A stretch of 49,867 nt of DNA from Planctomycetota bacterium (GTDB lineage: Bacteria; Planctomycetota; Planctomycetia; Pirellulales; UBA7805). Below are positions 8,862 to 17,729 of the stretch, piece after piece. The stretch covers positions 1 to 49,867 of the forward strand of contig JAYZEI010000006.1 in the NCBI GenBank assembly GCA_036337375.1, read 5' to 3'. Positions within the stretch are counted from its first letter, which is position 1; each line of letters opens with the position of its first letter. Both the position numbers and the translations under genes were made by a program. Under the pieces are notes generated by a model. The model saw only the letters and a list, made by a program, of their open reading frames with translations, was not told the DNA's origin and ran no database searches.

Positions 8862-11144
8862 TTAAAAATCAGTACGGTACATGTACCAGCAACAGACTGA
8901 CAGCACGACACTCATAAATATGAAACTGCTCGCGACCGGCGACCAAGGGTCGTTTTGCAGGCGGGGCGCCGCGAGATCCAGTGTTTCATCGGTGTCGGGT
9001 TCATCGTTCGTTCGCAAAAGAGATTGTACGGTGGCGTCCAATTCCCGCTGTTTCGGAAACACCGTGTAAACCGGCAAAATACAGTGCCGATAGAACCACT
9101 GGTCGTTTTCAAGTTCCGGTTCAATGCGATCTTCAATTTCCAGTGACGGCAGTCGATACCGTGTCAAGCGGTTGCCGCGATCAACAACGGCCAGGTGCTG
9201 GCCCGCAAATACTGCCGCCGAGATGTCGCCCTGTCCGCTGACCGGAGGGGCAAAAAAACGATTTTCTGTGGCATCAAAAATTTGTAACCGACCGGAATGG
9301 AACAGAATGGCAAACCAGCGGCCATTGTCTGAGGCGTACACAAATCGTGGGGTTGCGGCCCCGTGCGCTCGAGCCTTGACTTTGCCGTCGCTTGCAGCAA
9401 TGGCAAACATTTGCCCGTTTTCGTCGGCAACTAAAATCGTGTCACCCGCAAAGGCCAGTCCGACATTGTCGGCAGCGTCGTCGAGTTCAATCCGCCCCAC
9501 AACGTAGTCGTCTCCCTCCGTCAAAGAGGCGATGGTCTCAATGCGTTGATCGTTCCAAATCGCCAACACACCCTTATCGGGATGAATCGCTGCGGCTCCC
9601 GGAATCCAGTCTGCGGAATCAGCGGGCTGATAATCTAACTTGAATTTCGGCAACTCGAAAAACAGCAGATCATCCTGGCTTCGCTCTGCTTGCAGCGCTG
9701 CGGCGCCGAGAAGAAAGATTCCTTCGTGCGCGATCGCGAGGCAGTCGCCCGTTTTTGTCGCGAAGATCGCCACCGTTCCTGATGGAGCGACAGCAACCCT
9801 GCGGGGCTGCCAGTTTTGGGAACGATGCCCAGCCTGTAAATTCGCACCGGCCGCAGACTTCCACGTGCCGCGGATCGGCAATTCGATCGCGATTAACTGA
9901 TCGGTCTTTGAATTATAAATAGGTCCGAGTAGCGGTCGCTGACGTTTCACAAACCGCGAAAACACCGCAATGGGACTGGGCCGCGAAAAGGTGTCGTTCC
10001 ACTCGCCGTTTTTCTCGCTCCATTGCCGCACCTGACCCGATTCATCAACCGCAATCCATTGATCATCGACCTGTACCACCCGCACCAACCTGTTGGGAAT
10101 CACTGACATGTTCTCAATGAACTGTTTTGTCAGTGAAAGCGCAAAACAGACAAGCCAAAAAATGATCGATACCGCGACACAAACAATCGCGCTGCGCCAA
10201 ATCAGAGCCGCTAGTGCGGAAACCGAGTAATAAACCATAAACAGAAATAAGAAAATCGGAATGCAAAGAAACAATCGATTTTCCCAGGTGCCGAAGCGGA
10301 TTCCGGCGATCAACCAGATGCCCGCAACCAGATAGACACCGCTGACCAGGACGAACATGCAGCCGCCAAGGTACTTGGCAAGAAACAACACGACTCGGGT
10401 GATTGGTTTGCTCAACAGCAATTCAATGGACCCTGTCTCAAGCATGTGAGGGATAATCGGAGCCGTAACCAAGATGCCGATAAACACCGCGCCCACGCCG
10501 ACAACCAATCCCATCACGGTCACCAATGCTTGTTCAACGGCTGCCGTCAGTTGTTGTTGACTGATCGGATACGGATCCATAAAGTCAAATCCGGCATAGT
10601 TGAATTGAACGGATTTGCGCGGACTCTTGGCGATCAGATTTCGGTACGCAGCCTCCAGCAGCAAACGATTAAGGCGCTGGATTTCTTCATGCGATAGCGC
10701 CGGAATTCCACGACTGATCAATTCCGTTGCTTCTGCATCCAGTGAAACGTCGCCCCAGGCTCGCTCGTTGTAGAAGTCACGGCGTACAAGCAACTCGTTC
10801 AGTTCTTCGAACAGACGAAAAAGACCGTGCGCAGCGCCGCCGACATTTCCGGAGGCCCCCTCGCCCGCCTCACGTAATCGCTCTTGAGTTTTTCCGTCTA
10901 ACAGTTCCCAAATATGCTTACCCGGCGACGGCTGCTCACTGTTGAATTCCAAATAGAGATTTCTGGCAAGTTGTTCCGGATCAACGATATCCCAGTAACG
11001 CAATTTGGAAAAGGAAACCTGCCGCGCGCCGAATGGCGCAAGCGCCGATAGAATAACTGTAATAAAGGCCAGCAACACCCACAGGACACGCGAGACGATC
11101 GCTTCGCGAAAAGAATCTCGGATAACGGCCAACGGTGCTCTCAT
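8862..11144 (-). CDS. ABC-2-type transporter permease fused to a ~400-aa beta-propeller-like domain and a C-terminal TM anchor
   Basis: The N-terminus MRAPLAVIRDSFREAIVSRVLWVLLAFITV and a TM cluster (aa ~210-345) look like ABC-2 permeases. The C-terminal half has repeated beta-strand blades (WIAVDESGQVRQW, LAIAHEGIFLL, VLAIWNDQRIE, ILVADENGQMFAI, FAILFHSGRLQIFD, LAVVDRGNRLTRY). The final TM is FIFMSVVLSVCCWYMY. The start overlaps the ATPase stop (ATGA). Confidence 0.6.
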   Translation of the reverse strand: MRAPLAVIRDSFREAIVSRVLWVLLAFITVILSALAPFGARQVSFSKLRYWDIVDPEQLARNLYLEFNSEQPSPGKHIWELLDGKTQERLREAGEGASGNVGGAAHGLFRLFEELNELLVRRDFYNERAWGDVSLDAEATELISRGIPALSHEEIQRLNRLLLEAAYRNLIAKSPRKSVQFNYAGFDFMDPYPISQQQLTAAVEQALVTVMGLVVGVGAVFIGILVTAPIIPHMLETGSIELLLSKPITRVVLFLAKYLGGCMFVLVSGVYLVAGIWLIAGIRFGTWENRLFLCIPIFLFLFMVYYSVSALAALIWRSAIVCVAVSIIFWLVCFALSLTKQFIENMSVIPNRLVRVVQVDDQWIAVDESGQVRQWSEKNGEWNDTFSRPSPIAVFSRFVKRQRPLLGPIYNSKTDQLIAIELPIRGTWKSAAGANLQAGHRSQNWQPRRVAVAPSGTVAIFATKTGDCLAIAHEGIFLLGAAALQAERSQDDLLFFELPKFKLDYQPADSADWIPGAAAIHPDKGVLAIWNDQRIETIASLTEGDDYVVGRIELDDAADNVGLAFAGDTILVADENGQMFAIAASDGKVKARAHGAATPRFVYASDNGRWFAILFHSGRLQIFDATENRFFAPPVSGQGDISAAVFAGQHLAVVDRGNRLTRYRLPSLEIEDRIEPELENDQWFYRHCILPVYTVFPKQRELDATVQSLLRTNDEPDTDETLDLAAPRLQNDPWSPVASSFIFMSVVLSVCCWYMYRTDF

Positions 11145-12130
11145 GATGAACGGTCGGTGTCGTGCGGTAGGGTGTCGTGCGGTAGTTTAATCATGTGTAA
11201 AAACGCGTCTTCAAGTGTCGCTCGGCGGCAAGACATTGAGGCAACGCTCACACCGTGCTGCCGCAAACCATCGATGCAGTCGTCTATCGCCGTTTGATCC
11301 GCCAACTGAATGACCGCTCGGAAACGACCCGTTTCTTGCATCGACACCGTGGCATCCGGGTATTGGTCGAGCGCTGCGCGAACTTCGCTTTCCGGCGCGA
11401 CCAGCTCGAATTCGATCGTATCCGCCCCGGACTGCCGTGTGATCTCGTCAATCGAACCGTTAAACCGCAGCCTACCATGATCCAAAATCGCTACTTCGTC
11501 GCAGACAGTCTCGACCTCCTGTAACAGATGGCTGTTGAGAAAAACAGTTTTGCCCCGCTGCTTAAGCTCTAACAGTATGTCGCGCACTTCCCGGCGACCG
11601 ACCGGATCAAGTCCATCGGTCGGTTCGTCGAGAATAAGCAACTCGGGGTCGTGCAGCATCGCCTGCGCCAGACCGAGCCGCTGGATCATACCCTTAGAAA
11701 ACGATCTAACCGGCTCGTTCATCCACTTTTTTAAACCAACTGCTTCCAGCAATTCAGTCCGCCGCCGCCGAACTGAGAACCGCGGCAGCCCGCTGAGACT
11801 GCCATAATAGTCCACTGCAGTCCGCGCCGTATGGTGCCTCGGGATGCGGAGGTTTTCGGGCAGATAGCCCACCTGCCGGCGACCTGAACGATGGCCGGCG
11901 GCAAATCCAAGCATGCGTGCCGTGCCGTGCGTCCGCCGGACAATGCCCAACAAAATCTTAATTAATGTCGTCTTGCCTGCCCCGTTGGGACCAAGCAAAC
12001 CGAAGATCGTCCCGCGAGGAACGGAGAAGGATACTTCAGTCAGCGCAGCAAACCGCCGCGGGCGGATCAGCCCACGACGATAGATTTTAGACAGCGAATC
12101 AACTTCGATGGAGGAATCTGACATTAGCAT
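11141..12130 (-). CDS. ABC transporter ATP-binding protein
   Basis: Walker A GPNGAGKTT, signature-like FSKGMIQRL, Walker B LLILDEPTDGLD and H-loop NSHLL. The track start is TTG (12142); the ATGs at 12130 and 12124 are more likely. Confidence 0.9.
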   Translation of the reverse strand: MLMSDSSIEVDSLSKIYRRGLIRPRRFAALTEVSFSVPRGTIFGLLGPNGAGKTTLIKILLGIVRRTHGTARMLGFAAGHRSGRRQVGYLPENLRIPRHHTARTAVDYYGSLSGLPRFSVRRRRTELLEAVGLKKWMNEPVRSFSKGMIQRLGLAQAMLHDPELLILDEPTDGLDPVGRREVRDILLELKQRGKTVFLNSHLLQEVETVCDEVAILDHGRLRFNGSIDEITRQSGADTIEFELVAPESEVRAALDQYPDATVSMQETGRFRAVIQLADQTAIDDCIDGLRQHGVSVASMSCRRATLEDAFLHMIKLPHDTLPHDTDRSS

Positions 12131-12214
12131 CGCTGGCGTCAAAAGCAGCGTTCAACGTTCGAAGCACTACCCAAAAATAGATGCGACGAACGACGCCCCA
12201 CACAAAACCGCCGG

Positions 12215-12904
12215 TCAGACGATTGTCTGAGAACGTTCGGAATGAGCAGCGTCGCGGCCATCCAAAGAATCGGCTTCAGACTCGTCCGTTCCATCTAATT
12301 TTAAAAGCTTAAGACGACGGCGGCGAAAATAGAATATCAAAAACACGACAACGGCGGCGATCGTCACTAGAACGGTAATGCTCCACTGGCTTTTGCGTAC
12401 CAACTCTCCGACAGCCTGACCGTAAAAATAGCTCAGCCAAAACACGATACTCACCACCATCGTCGCGCAAATCGCATCAACAACTAAGAAGCGGATAAAA
12501 GGAATTCGCATAACGCCCGCCGCCAGATAAATCGGGCCACGCACTCCCACCATAAAACGTGCAACAAAAAACACTTTAATTCCATGGGAAATGATCAACT
12601 GCTCCATCTGTTTTTCGCGCTCTTCGTGCAAGAAATGCGCAAACCGCGGATGGCGGCGAAAGAAACTCGTTCCCAGATATCGCCCGATGCCATAAACAAG
12701 CGTATCGCCCAACAACGCGCCGACCAGACAACAAATAAACGCCACGTACACGTTTAAGAATGGGGGGGAGCCCGTACTTTGTATTCCCGCAAATACAATC
12801 GGGACTTCTTCAGGAATCGGCAGACCGCCCCCGGTCAGGATTAGGAATACGATGATTCCTCCATACGCAAACGTAGGTCCGTGACCGACAAAGAGATCCA
12901 TCAT
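12215..12904 (-). CDS. DedA/SNARE-associated family membrane protein
   Basis: The motif GDTLVYGIGRYLG and a multi-TM layout are typical of DedA. The likely start is MMDLFVG at 12904, not the ORF maximum at 13000. Confidence 0.75.
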   Translation of the reverse strand: MMDLFVGHGPTFAYGGIIVFLILTGGGLPIPEEVPIVFAGIQSTGSPPFLNVYVAFICCLVGALLGDTLVYGIGRYLGTSFFRRHPRFAHFLHEEREKQMEQLIISHGIKVFFVARFMVGVRGPIYLAAGVMRIPFIRFLVVDAICATMVVSIVFWLSYFYGQAVGELVRKSQWSITVLVTIAAVVVFLIFYFRRRRLKLLKLDGTDESEADSLDGRDAAHSERSQTIV

Positions 12905-13033
12905 GGGACAATAGCGAAGGACCGATTTTGGGAGAATGCCGGATTGCACGAAGTCCGAACTGTTCGCCAGGAATTCTACTCGCCCTGGAGATTTGCGCAA
13001 ACTACACGGAGTGGCAAAAGTCCTGCGGGTGGC

Positions 13034-14137
13034 CTATTCGCTCAACACCCGGAAATTTTGGTCGGTCAGATTGCAGCTGACGATTTTAATCTCACTCGCG
13101 CGGTTTCCCGGAGCGACGAAAATTGCGCCGTATTCGGGGTGTTGTTCGCAAACTTCTACGCCACGGTCGACGCCAAGTACAAACAAGGCCGTCGACAGTG
13201 CGTCCGCTTCGGCAGCGGTGGGAGCGACGACAGTCACCGACAGAACTCCTTCCGCAGGCCAACCGGTCCGAGGATCAAGAACGTGCCCAAACCGCCGACC
13301 GCCGAAGGTGAACGACTGAGTCTGCGACCCGGAAGTTGATAGTGCGCAATTTTCCAACTGCACCTCCGCCAACCGCTGGCTGGGCCGCAGCGGATGAATC
13401 ACGCCGACGCGCCACGCCGACTCTCCTGCTGACGCATCAGTACACTTTCCTCGCGCCAGAACGCTGCTGCGTCCACCGTGAAAAAGAAAGTCCATCAAAC
13501 CGCCGGATTCCAAAATCGAAGCGCCGTCGTCAAGCGCGTAGCCCTTGCCGATTCCGCCAAAGTCCAGCGCGATACCCGACCGGAGAAACTTGACTGTCTC
13601 CTCCTGTTCGTCGAAGGCCAGATGTTGGCAACCGAGCCGTTGCAGTGCCTGTTTGATTTCTGCTTCACCCGGCAGGGCGGACTCGTGACGTGCCACGGCC
13701 CAGACTTCGGCAAGCGGCCCAGCGGTGATATCAAATGCACCATCGGTAATCTTGTTAAGCCGCAACGACAATCGAAGCAAATCGGCCAACTCAGGAGACA
13801 CAAAACTGTAATCCCCCGTCGCAAGGCGGTTCAACTGGCTGACTTCACTATCATCGTGATAGACGGTCAGTAGCTGCTCAAGTTGATCGACGCGGTCCAG
13901 CGCCTCGATAGCGGTTTCGGTGGCCGTCTCGTACTTACCGGCGTTAACCATGATCTGGAATTGGCAAGCCATCGCGCGGCGGCCGATTTTTAGCAAGTAG
14001 GGGGCATTCGTAGGATCATCGCCCGCACTCGGCGCAACGTTCCTGTCGAGATTGTCGCTGTCCGCATCGCCGGCGATCAATGCTTCGTCTCGCCTGCCGC
14101 GAAGAAACTCTCGGCGAGTCGGTTTGTCATCGGTCAT
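13034..14137 (-). CDS. apbE: FAD:protein FMN transferase (ApbE family), Tat-signal-like N-terminus
   Basis: RREFLRG twin-arginine-like motif. ApbE blocks FDITAGPL, DFGGIGKGYALD and STSGS. Confidence 0.85.
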   Translation of the reverse strand: MTDDKPTRREFLRGRRDEALIAGDADSDNLDRNVAPSAGDDPTNAPYLLKIGRRAMACQFQIMVNAGKYETATETAIEALDRVDQLEQLLTVYHDDSEVSQLNRLATGDYSFVSPELADLLRLSLRLNKITDGAFDITAGPLAEVWAVARHESALPGEAEIKQALQRLGCQHLAFDEQEETVKFLRSGIALDFGGIGKGYALDDGASILESGGLMDFLFHGGRSSVLARGKCTDASAGESAWRVGVIHPLRPSQRLAEVQLENCALSTSGSQTQSFTFGGRRFGHVLDPRTGWPAEGVLSVTVVAPTAAEADALSTALFVLGVDRGVEVCEQHPEYGAIFVAPGNRASEIKIVSCNLTDQNFRVLSE

Positions 14138-14153
14138 GAATCTGGAAGTCGTC

Positions 14154-14756
14154 CTACGTAGATGTCAGCGCGGTGATCTTGTATCGCCAGCGAATCGTAT
14201 CCGGCGGGTTGTCGAGCCTGGAATGCGGCTTGATCAATAAACGGCCTGCGGATAATTCCAGTCCACTTCGAGCAGCACCCGCTGCAGTATTAACGTCGAC
14301 ACGTACTCCACGACCGTCCACACAGATGTGCAAGTCTTCCGCGTCCCCGGCAACCGGACCGGTCATCGTCCGGTATTGCGTGCCCAATCCAGCTTTAGAG
14401 TTGGAATTTTCAACCGACTTGATTCGGCAGGCGACATCGAAGTCGGCTGACTGCCATTCGGAGTCCAGACAAATGCTGGCCGACCAGTGGCTGTGACCGG
14501 CCACACCGAGCAACAACAAAATGGTTGAGTTGCCCCGCCGCTCTGTGTGCACGCTTTGAATCGGCGGACTCGGCGGCCAACAATCCGACCCGCCGCCCTC
14601 GACGGTTGCCATCAGCGGGGTCAGTCGGTCGTCATCTACAACGCCAATCGAATGCGCAAAACGATCCGTATGCCAGTGAAAGCCGACTCGCAAAACTCCG
14701 GCATCCACAACGATGGACTTTTTTTTTAACTTCACAGCCCGGTCTTCACTCGTCAT
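14154..14756 (-). CDS. Hypothetical protein (no recognisable family)
   Basis: ~200-aa ORF immediately upstream of apbE on the same strand (16-nt gap). The ATG at 14756 is preceded by GAGGAAA. I recognise no family motifs. Confidence 0.4.
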   Translation of the reverse strand: MTSEDRAVKLKKKSIVVDAGVLRVGFHWHTDRFAHSIGVVDDDRLTPLMATVEGGGSDCWPPSPPIQSVHTERRGNSTILLLLGVAGHSHWSASICLDSEWQSADFDVACRIKSVENSNSKAGLGTQYRTMTGPVAGDAEDLHICVDGRGVRVDVNTAAGAARSGLELSAGRLLIKPHSRLDNPPDTIRWRYKITALTST

Positions 14757-14798
14757 CGTTGGTTTCCTCAAATCCCTGTTAGAATAAATCGTTTATCG

Positions 14799-16280
14799 GT
14801 GGCCCGACAGGGGAGCCGGCACCGGACTGCATCTACACGATTGGTTGAACGGACGTTGATCAACGAACCAGGGCAACATGTTGCGATCATTGGTGCTGGA
14901 ATTTCCGGTCTGGCCGCCGCTTGGCGCGTACACGAAGTGGCTCCCGATGCGAGGTTAACGATCCTTGAATCGAAACCACAAGCGGGCGGTGTGTTGCAGA
15001 CACTGCATCAAGATGGCTTCCTGATCGAACGCAGCGCGGACAGCTTCATCACCGATCCACCTTATTGCCTGGACCTTTGCCGCCGTATCGGTCTGGACGA
15101 AGAACTGATCGGCACACGCAAGACCGATCGTCGGGCGTTTGTCATCTGCCGCGGAAAATTGCAGCCCGTTCCGGAGGCGTTTCAGATTATGGCGCCCACG
15201 AATTTGAGGGCTGTGCTGAAGTCCCCGGTACTCAGCCTCCGCGGCAAACTGCGATTGTGTTGCGAGCGGTTTGTTCGGGCTCGAAAATCGGGTACGGCTG
15301 ATGAGGAAAGCCTCGAGCAGTTTGCCACTCGGCGGCTAGGCCGTGAAGCTTACATCCGCCTAGTGCAACCACTCGTTAGCGGAATTTATACGGCGGATCC
15401 CGCCAAACTGAGCGTGGCGGCGACATTGCCCAGGTTTATCGAGATGGAGCGCGAACATGGCAGTCTTTCACGTGGCGCCGTGCACCGTGCGCGAATGCGG
15501 GGCGGCACAAACCAACACGAATCGGGCGCACGATATGGGCTGTTTGTCGCGCCTCGCCGCGGTATCGCCAGCATAGCCGAGACGATCTTGCGGAAATTAC
15601 CTCAGGCCGCGGTACGATTCGGTGCAACCGTTGATTCGATCCGACAATCGGGCGGCGGTTGGAACCTTCAGGTTTCGAACCGTGACACGATTTCGTGCGA
15701 CAAGTTGGTCATCGCGGCGCCCGCCGCCGCCGCCGGACGATTATTGGCGAATATTGACGGAGCCATTTCAAGCGACCTGGATGCGATTCCATACGCCGGC
15801 TGCGCGGTTGTCAGTCTGGGATTTCGGAGGACGCAATTTCAACGGCCGCTCGCCGGATTCGGATTCGTTGCGCCCGCGATTGAAGGTCGGCGTATCCTGT
15901 CGGCCAGTTTCTCAAGTGCGAAGTTTCCAGGCCGCGCGCCGGACGATCACGAACTGATTCGTGTGTTCGTCGGCGGCGCTTGCCAAAGCGAGTTGCTGGA
16001 ACGGGACGACTCGCAACTCGTCGCGATGGCCCTTGAAGAGCTTGGCGAGTTGGTCTCCGTGTCGGGCGACCCAACCATTGCGCACATTGCCCGTTGGAAC
16101 AGCGCGATGCCGCAATATCATATCGGGCACACAGAATTAGTCGCTCGTATCGAACACCGCTGCCGCCAGATCGGACGCCTGGCAATCGTCGGCCATGCGT
16201 ATCGCGGGGTTGGTTTGCCGCACTGTATCCACTACGCCGAGTCCCGCGTTGACGAGTTGCTAGGCGACGAGCGTCGATGA
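14799..16280 (+). CDS. hemY: Protoporphyrinogen/coproporphyrinogen oxidase, HemY-type FAD oxidase
   Basis: The N-terminal dinucleotide-binding motif VAIIGAGISGLAAAW and the length and pattern (GGV...; ARWNSAMPQY; GHAYRGVGLP) are typical of HemY/PPOX. GTG start, exact start uncertain. Confidence 0.8.
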   Translation: MARQGSRHRTASTRLVERTLINEPGQHVAIIGAGISGLAAAWRVHEVAPDARLTILESKPQAGGVLQTLHQDGFLIERSADSFITDPPYCLDLCRRIGLDEELIGTRKTDRRAFVICRGKLQPVPEAFQIMAPTNLRAVLKSPVLSLRGKLRLCCERFVRARKSGTADEESLEQFATRRLGREAYIRLVQPLVSGIYTADPAKLSVAATLPRFIEMEREHGSLSRGAVHRARMRGGTNQHESGARYGLFVAPRRGIASIAETILRKLPQAAVRFGATVDSIRQSGGGWNLQVSNRDTISCDKLVIAAPAAAAGRLLANIDGAISSDLDAIPYAGCAVVSLGFRRTQFQRPLAGFGFVAPAIEGRRILSASFSSAKFPGRAPDDHELIRVFVGGACQSELLERDDSQLVAMALEELGELVSVSGDPTIAHIARWNSAMPQYHIGHTELVARIEHRCRQIGRLAIVGHAYRGVGLPHCIHYAESRVDELLGDERR

Positions 16281-16294
16281 GACGGCCCCGCCTA

Positions 16295-16329
16295 CAAAAA
16301 ACGGCCCCGCCGCGTTAGCGACGAGGCCG
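16295..16329 (-). terminator. Rho-independent terminator downstream of the SHD1-protein gene
   Basis: 12-bp stem (16302-16313 / 16318-16329) with loop GTTA. The two non-Watson-Crick positions are G-U on the minus-strand RNA but A-C on the plus strand. On the minus strand it is followed by UUUUUU (16295-16300). Confidence 0.55.
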
Positions 16330-16359
16330 TCTGTAAATTGAGCAAGAAAGCTGCGGGAG

Positions 16360-17208
16360 TTAGTTTTTTACGACCTTGATGCCGAACCCGCTGGCTTTCT
16401 GCTGTTTCTCCGCATGAAACTGAACGAAATCCAGATCAGCTCGGCTGAGCCTCTCGAATGGAACCGTGGTCATTCGGCCGTTTTCTTTCATGATGCGGAC
16501 TTTGGCATCGAGAATGACGGCCAGTTTTCCGTTGACCTTGTACAACCCCGAGTTATCAGTCCAAGTGCGGACGGTTTCCAGCGGAGCGAACTGCTGTACC
16601 TCGTCGAACAAAGTGATCTGCGTGGACTCTGCTGGTGGGGCAAGCTCCCTAGGCTCAGCCGGAGCCGCCGCCGAATCGGCCGCCTCAGTTGCTGGCAGAT
16701 CCGCCGCGGGCAACCGGGCCAGTCCCGCTGCCCCCGGTTCAGCTGCAGGTGGTGCGGGTAGCGACTCATCGACTACCGCTGGTGGTTCGGGCTTCGCAAC
16801 AGCTACGGCATCCTGAACGTCGGATGGGGTGCGTTCGGCAACTGCCAGCGCCGAGTCGGATGGCTCATCGCCTTTCGCGGCCGCTGCCGGTGCCTCATCG
16901 ACGACCTTCTTAGGTTTCTTAGGTTTCGGTTCGGCGGGTTTAGGGGCCGGCGGCTTTGGTGCCGGCGGTTTGGGTGCCGGCGGTTTGGGTACCGCCTCAT
17001 CGGCGACGGGCGGTGGCTCAGGTACCGTTTCATCTGCGGCGTCGGGGGCCGCCTGTGCGGCGGTCGTCGGGCAAACACAAACACACCGACGTAGACGCAG
17101 ACGGCGCCGTCGTTTTTCACGTCGACATGCGGTAGCAAAATCAACGATTAGTAAGGAGGCTAATGCGAGTACAACAAACAACTTTGACCATCGCCGAAAC
17201 ATACGCAT
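16360..17208 (-). CDS. Membrane-anchored proline/alanine-rich protein with C-terminal SHD1 (SLA1 homology 1) domain
   Basis: The C-terminus RTWTDNSGLYKVNGKLAVILDAKVRIMKENGRMTTVPFERLSRADLDFV matches the SHD1 consensus. An N-terminal anchor (LFVVLALASLLIV) and PKPPA x3 repeats are present. The likely start MRMFRR at 17208 follows GGGAGA. Confidence 0.65.
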   Translation of the reverse strand: MRMFRRWSKLFVVLALASLLIVDFATACRREKRRRRLRLRRCVCVCPTTAAQAAPDAADETVPEPPPVADEAVPKPPAPKPPAPKPPAPKPAEPKPKKPKKVVDEAPAAAAKGDEPSDSALAVAERTPSDVQDAVAVAKPEPPAVVDESLPAPPAAEPGAAGLARLPAADLPATEAADSAAAPAEPRELAPPAESTQITLFDEVQQFAPLETVRTWTDNSGLYKVNGKLAVILDAKVRIMKENGRMTTVPFERLSRADLDFVQFHAEKQQKASGFGIKVVKN

Positions 17209-17501
17209 TGGTCTGGTCTCCCAAGGATTTAATTGGTTGATGCAGCGCCCGCGACCGATGAACGAATAGGCCAAGCAGCGGAGCCTACCCATGTTAACTA
17301 GACGCTAAACTACCTGCAACTATTTTTTGCAGATCGCGGTCTCCGAAATCGGACCGGATCACCGCAGAAACCGCCTGGAGATGGCCGCGGAGGTAGCGAA
17401 GTGATTAAACCCCACCACAAGCACGTATAGCGGCGGGATGGCCGCGCGACGGGTGCCGATTAACCAGCTAATCGCCGCACCGGAGGGCAATTTGTGGTGG
17501 C

Positions 17502-17714
17502 CTATAGCAGTTCATCCACATCTGCAGTATTCAACTGAGCGGAACGCTGATTCTCGCGTTTAATCGCCTCGTAAATTTCTTGGCGGTGCACCGGAATCTC
17601 GGTCGGGGCCTCGATGCCCAACCGCACCTTATCGCCTCGAACATCAACAATCGTTACGACAATATTGTCGCCAATGATGATGCTTTCGTCGCGATGTCTC
17701 GAAAGAACAAGCAT
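17502..17714 (-). CDS. csrA: Carbon storage regulator CsrA
   Basis: MLVLSRHRDESIIIGDNIVVTIVDVRGDKVRLGIEAPTEIPVHRQEIYEAI is a near-consensus CsrA sequence. 70 aa. Confidence 0.95.
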   Translation of the reverse strand: MLVLSRHRDESIIIGDNIVVTIVDVRGDKVRLGIEAPTEIPVHRQEIYEAIKRENQRSAQLNTADVDELL

Positions 17715-17729
17715 CCTCTGACCTTTCCT

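Noticed and set aside
16829-17269. A 146-aa Gly/Ala-rich + strand ORF.
   Set aside because: It is the mirror image of the Pro/Ala-rich repeat region of the minus-strand SHD1 gene, which has a recognisable domain and signal anchor.
17340-17500. A cluster of GGA motifs on the + strand (about 6-7 in 160 nt), considered as a CsrB/RsmZ-like CsrA-sponge RNA antisense to the csrA-SHD1 spacer.
   Set aside because: The enrichment over chance is modest in this base composition. I see no + strand promoter or terminator, and most GGAs are not in clear hairpin loops. I kept only the structured-element observation (17412-17500) as a finding.
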